In this document: piece after piece, positions 48,101 to 50,966 of the stretch
How positions within the stretch are numbered: position 1 is the first letter of the stretch
Layout of the letters: each line of letters opens with the position of its first letter
Notes under the pieces: generated by a model
The model's input: the letters and a program-made list of their open reading frames with translations, nothing else
What the model was told of the DNA's origin: nothing
Database searches by the model: none
Position numbers and translations under genes: made by a program
Origin: Raillietiella orientalis
Taxonomy: Eukaryota
NCBI GenBank assembly: GCA_036172245.1
Contig: JAYWIR010000165.1
Coordinates: forward strand, 1-50,966
Reading direction: 5' to 3'
Length of the DNA stretch: 50,966 nucleotides

Positions 48101-50966
48101 TGGTGAAATCTTCTGTTTTCTAATTTCTTACAAATCCCCAAAAGCTGCAAAGTTGGACCACATAATGAATGAGAGCGAAGGAGAATATTCCCCTTGTAAG
48201 TCCGACACTGGTTACCATGAAAACAAGACAGAGTCCAAAGTGCCACGCCCTAATGAAATTTCGAACTCTTCTTAATCATCCTCTGAAAGCAGAGATTGGA
48301 AGGGCTTTCGGCTCTCCATGAAAGGGATTTGCCACTCACTGCAAAAGGATGCTTCGTGAAGAGGAGCAAAAGTGCAATGGTGAAATCTTCTGTTTTCTAA
48401 TTGAATACAAATCTCCAAAAGTTGCAAAGTTGGACCAAATAAGGAATGGGAGCGAACGAGAATATTCCCCTTGTAAGTCCGACACTGGTTACCATGAAAA
48501 CAACACAGAGTCCAAAGTGCCACGCCCTAATGAAATTTCGAACTCTTCTTAATCATCCTCTGAAAGCAGAGATTGGAAGGGATTGCGGCTCTCCATGAAA
48601 GGGATTTGCCACTCAGTGCAAAAGGATGCTTCGTGAAGAGGCGCAAAAGTGCAATGGTGAAATCTTCTGTTTTCTAATTGAATATCAAAGCTGCAAAGTT
48701 GGACCACATAATGAAAGGGAGCGAAGGAGAATATTCCCTTTGTAAGTCCGACACTGGTTACCATGAAAAGAAGACAGAGTCCAAAGTGCCACGCCCTAAT
48801 GAAGTTTCGAACTCTTCTTAATCATCCTCTGAAAGCAGAGATTGGAAGGGCTTGCGGCTCTCCATGAAAGGGATTTGCCACTCACTGCAAAAGGATACTT
48901 CGTGAAGAGGCGCAAAAGTGCAATGGTGAAATCTTCTGTTTTCTAATTGAACACAAATCTCCAAAAGTTGCAAAGTTGGTCCACATAATGAATGGGAGCG
49001 AACGAGAATATTCCCCTTGTAAGTCCGACTCTGGTTACCATGAAAACAACACAGAGTCCAAAGTGCCACGCCCTAATGAAATTTCGAACTCTTCTTAATC
49101 ATCCTCTGAAAGCAGAGAGTGGAAGGGATTGCGGCTCTCCATGAAAGGTATTTGCCACTCACTGCAAAAGGATGCTTCGCGAAGAGGTGCAAAAGTGCAA
49201 TGGTGAAATCTTCTGTTTTCTAATTGAATACAAATCTCCAAAAGTTGCAAAGTTGGACCACATAATGAATGGGAGCGAACGAGAATATTCCCCTTGTAAG
49301 TCCGACACTGGTTACCATGAAAACAACACAGAGTCCACAGTGCCACGCCCTAATGAAATTTCGAACTCTTCTTAATCATCCTCTGAAAGCAGAGATTGGA
49401 AGGGCTTGCGGCTCTCCATGAAAGGGATTTGCCACTCACTGCAAAAGGATGCTTCGTGAAGAGGTGCAAAAGTGCAATGGTGAAATCTTCTGTTTTCTAA
49501 TTGAATACAAATCCCCAAAAGTTGCAAAGTTGGACCACATAATGAATGGGAGCGAACGAGAATATTCCCCTTGTAAGTCCGACACTGGTTACCATGAAAA
49601 CAAGACAGAGTCCACAGTGCCACGCCCTAATGAAATTTCGAACTCTTCTTAATCATCCTCTGAAAGCAGAGATTGGAAGGGCTTTCGGCTCTCCATGAAA
49701 AGGATTTGCCACTCACTGCAAAAGGATGCTTCGTGAAGAGGTGCAAAAGTGCAATGGTGAAATCTTCTGTTTTCTAATTGAATACAAATCCCCAAAAGCT
49801 GCAAAGTTGGATCACATAATGAATGGGAGCGAACGAGAATATTCCCCTTGTAAGTCCGACACTGGTTACCATGAAAACAACACAGAGTCTAAAGTGCCAC
49901 GCCCTAATGAAATTTCGAACTCTTCTTAATCATCCTCTGAAAGCAGAGATTGGAAGGTATTGCGGCTCTCCATGAAAGGGATTTGCCACTCACTGCAAAA
50001 GGATACTTCGTGAAGAGGCGCAAAAGTGCAATGGTGAAATCTTCTGTTTTCTTATTTCTTAAATATCCACAAAAGCTGCAATGTTGGACCACATAATGAA
50101 TGATAGCGAAGGAGAATATTCCCCTTGAAAGTCCGACACTTGTTACCATGAAAACAAGACAGAGTCCAAAGTGCCACTGCCTAATGAAATTTCGAACTCT
50201 TCTTAATCATCCTCTGAAAGCAGAGATTGGAAGGGCTTTCGGCTCTCCATGAAAGGGATTTGCCACTCACTGCAAAAGCATGGTTCGTGAATGGGAGGAA
50301 AAGTGCAATGGTGAAATCTTCTGTTTTCTAATTGAATACAAATCTCCAAAAGTTGCAAAGTTGGACCAAATAAGGAATAGGAGCGAACGAGAATATTCCC
50401 CTTGTAAGTCCGACACTGGTTACCATGAAAACAACACAGAGTCTAAAGTGCCACGCCCTAATGAAATTTCGAACTCTTCTTAATCATCCTCTGAAAGCAG
50501 AGATTGGAAGGGATTGCGGCTCTCCATGAAAGGGATTTGCCACTCAGTGCAAAAGGATGCTTCGTGAAGAGGCGCAAAAGTGCAATGGTGAAATCTTCTG
50601 TTTTCTAATTTCTTGAATATCCGTAAAAGCTGCAATGTTGGACCGCATAATGAATGAGAGCGAAGGAGAATATTCCCTTTGTTAGTCCGACACTGGTTAC
50701 CATGAAAACAAGACAGAGTCCAAAGTGCCACTGCCTAATGAAATTTCGAACTCTTCTTAATCATCCTCTGAAAGCAGAGATTGGAAGGGCTTTCGGCTCT
50801 CCATGAAAGGTATTTGCCACTCACTGCAAAAGGATGCTTCGTGAAGAGGTGCAAAAGTGCAATGGTGAAATCTTCTGTTTTCTAATTGAATACAAATCCC
50901 CCAAAGCTGCAAAGTTGGACCACATAATGAAAGGGAGCGAAGGAGAATATTCCCTTTGTAAGTCCG
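42179..50966 (-). repeat. Distal layer of the reverse array with mixed 6-, 7-, 8-, 13- and 14-monomer periodicities
   Basis: The marker GAGAGTGGAAGGGATT occurs in units 43010, 45226, 47442 and 49095 (spacings 2216, 2216, 1653). ORF offsets 46035/49904 and 46411/50280 = 3869; 42434/46035 = 3601. Enriched in GAGTCCACAGTG, AATCTCCAAAAGTTG and GGATCAC variants. Confidence 0.8.

Larger units (their letters stand above)
29117..50966 (-). repeat. Tandem satellite array, ~277-bp monomer, ~79 copies, reverse orientation (subfamily A-right); extends beyond the window end
   Basis: Reverse complement of the left monomer with period 277 (29718, 29995, 30272 ...). It carries its own frequent variants: GGGAGCGAACG, AATTGAATAC, GCAGAGATTG, GGATACTTC, TTAAATATCCAC. 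Confidence 0.98.

Noticed and set aside
126..50731. Hundreds of 60-166 aa ORFs (MALWTLSCFHGNQC…, MLREEAQKCNGE…, MKQREGKP…) as a tandem peptide gene family
   Set aside because: They recur at the satellite period on both strands and in several frames, and many start at GTG or TTG. They are broken freely by stops and 1-bp indels, and show no recognisable domain or bias toward silent changes.
1..50966. CRISPR array or repeat-spacer / variable-cassette system
   Set aside because: There are no unique spacers. The whole 277-bp unit is homologous between copies, and there is no cas, recombinase or reverse transcriptase gene.
1..50966. Tandem 5S rRNA, tRNA or snRNA gene array
   Set aside because: I recognise no 5S, tRNA or snRNA sequence or Pol III internal promoter in the monomer. 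An Rfam/Infernal scan would settle it.
1..50966. Assignment to a named satellite family or species
   Set aside because: I do not recognise the monomer. It needs a BLAST, Dfam or Repbase search.

Overview
The whole window is non-coding tandem satellite DNA: about 184 monomers of one ~277-278 bp family, with no genes, RNA genes, transposons or CRISPR arrays. The supplied ORFs are artefacts that recur at the repeat period. There are three domains. (1) 1-24992: a forward array of ~90 monomers (subfamily A-left), with a near-perfect 2216-bp 8-mer higher-order repeat (HOR) at the left that decays into looser, more diverged monomers. (2) An inversion breakpoint at 24993-25000 (8-nt filler CCACCATA), followed by ~14.8 reverse-strand copies of a distinct 278-bp sister satellite (B, 25001-29116, about 75% identical to A by hand alignment, no gaps). 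(3) 29117-50966: a reverse-strand array of ~79 monomers of another A subfamily (A-right), with 10-mer, 7-mer and looser 6/8/13/14/16-mer periodicities. This layout resembles eukaryotic centromeric or pericentromeric satellite. I cannot identify the organism or a named family, and centromere function is inference only. Most notable: the inversion beside the divergent B island; a 24-bp block shared by A and B that contains an RFX/X-box-like dyad and is the site of the in-register B-to-A switch; readable HOR genealogies (11-mer to 8-mer, 10-mer to 7-mer); and a two-monomer A-left island inside the opposite arm. All alignments were done by eye.
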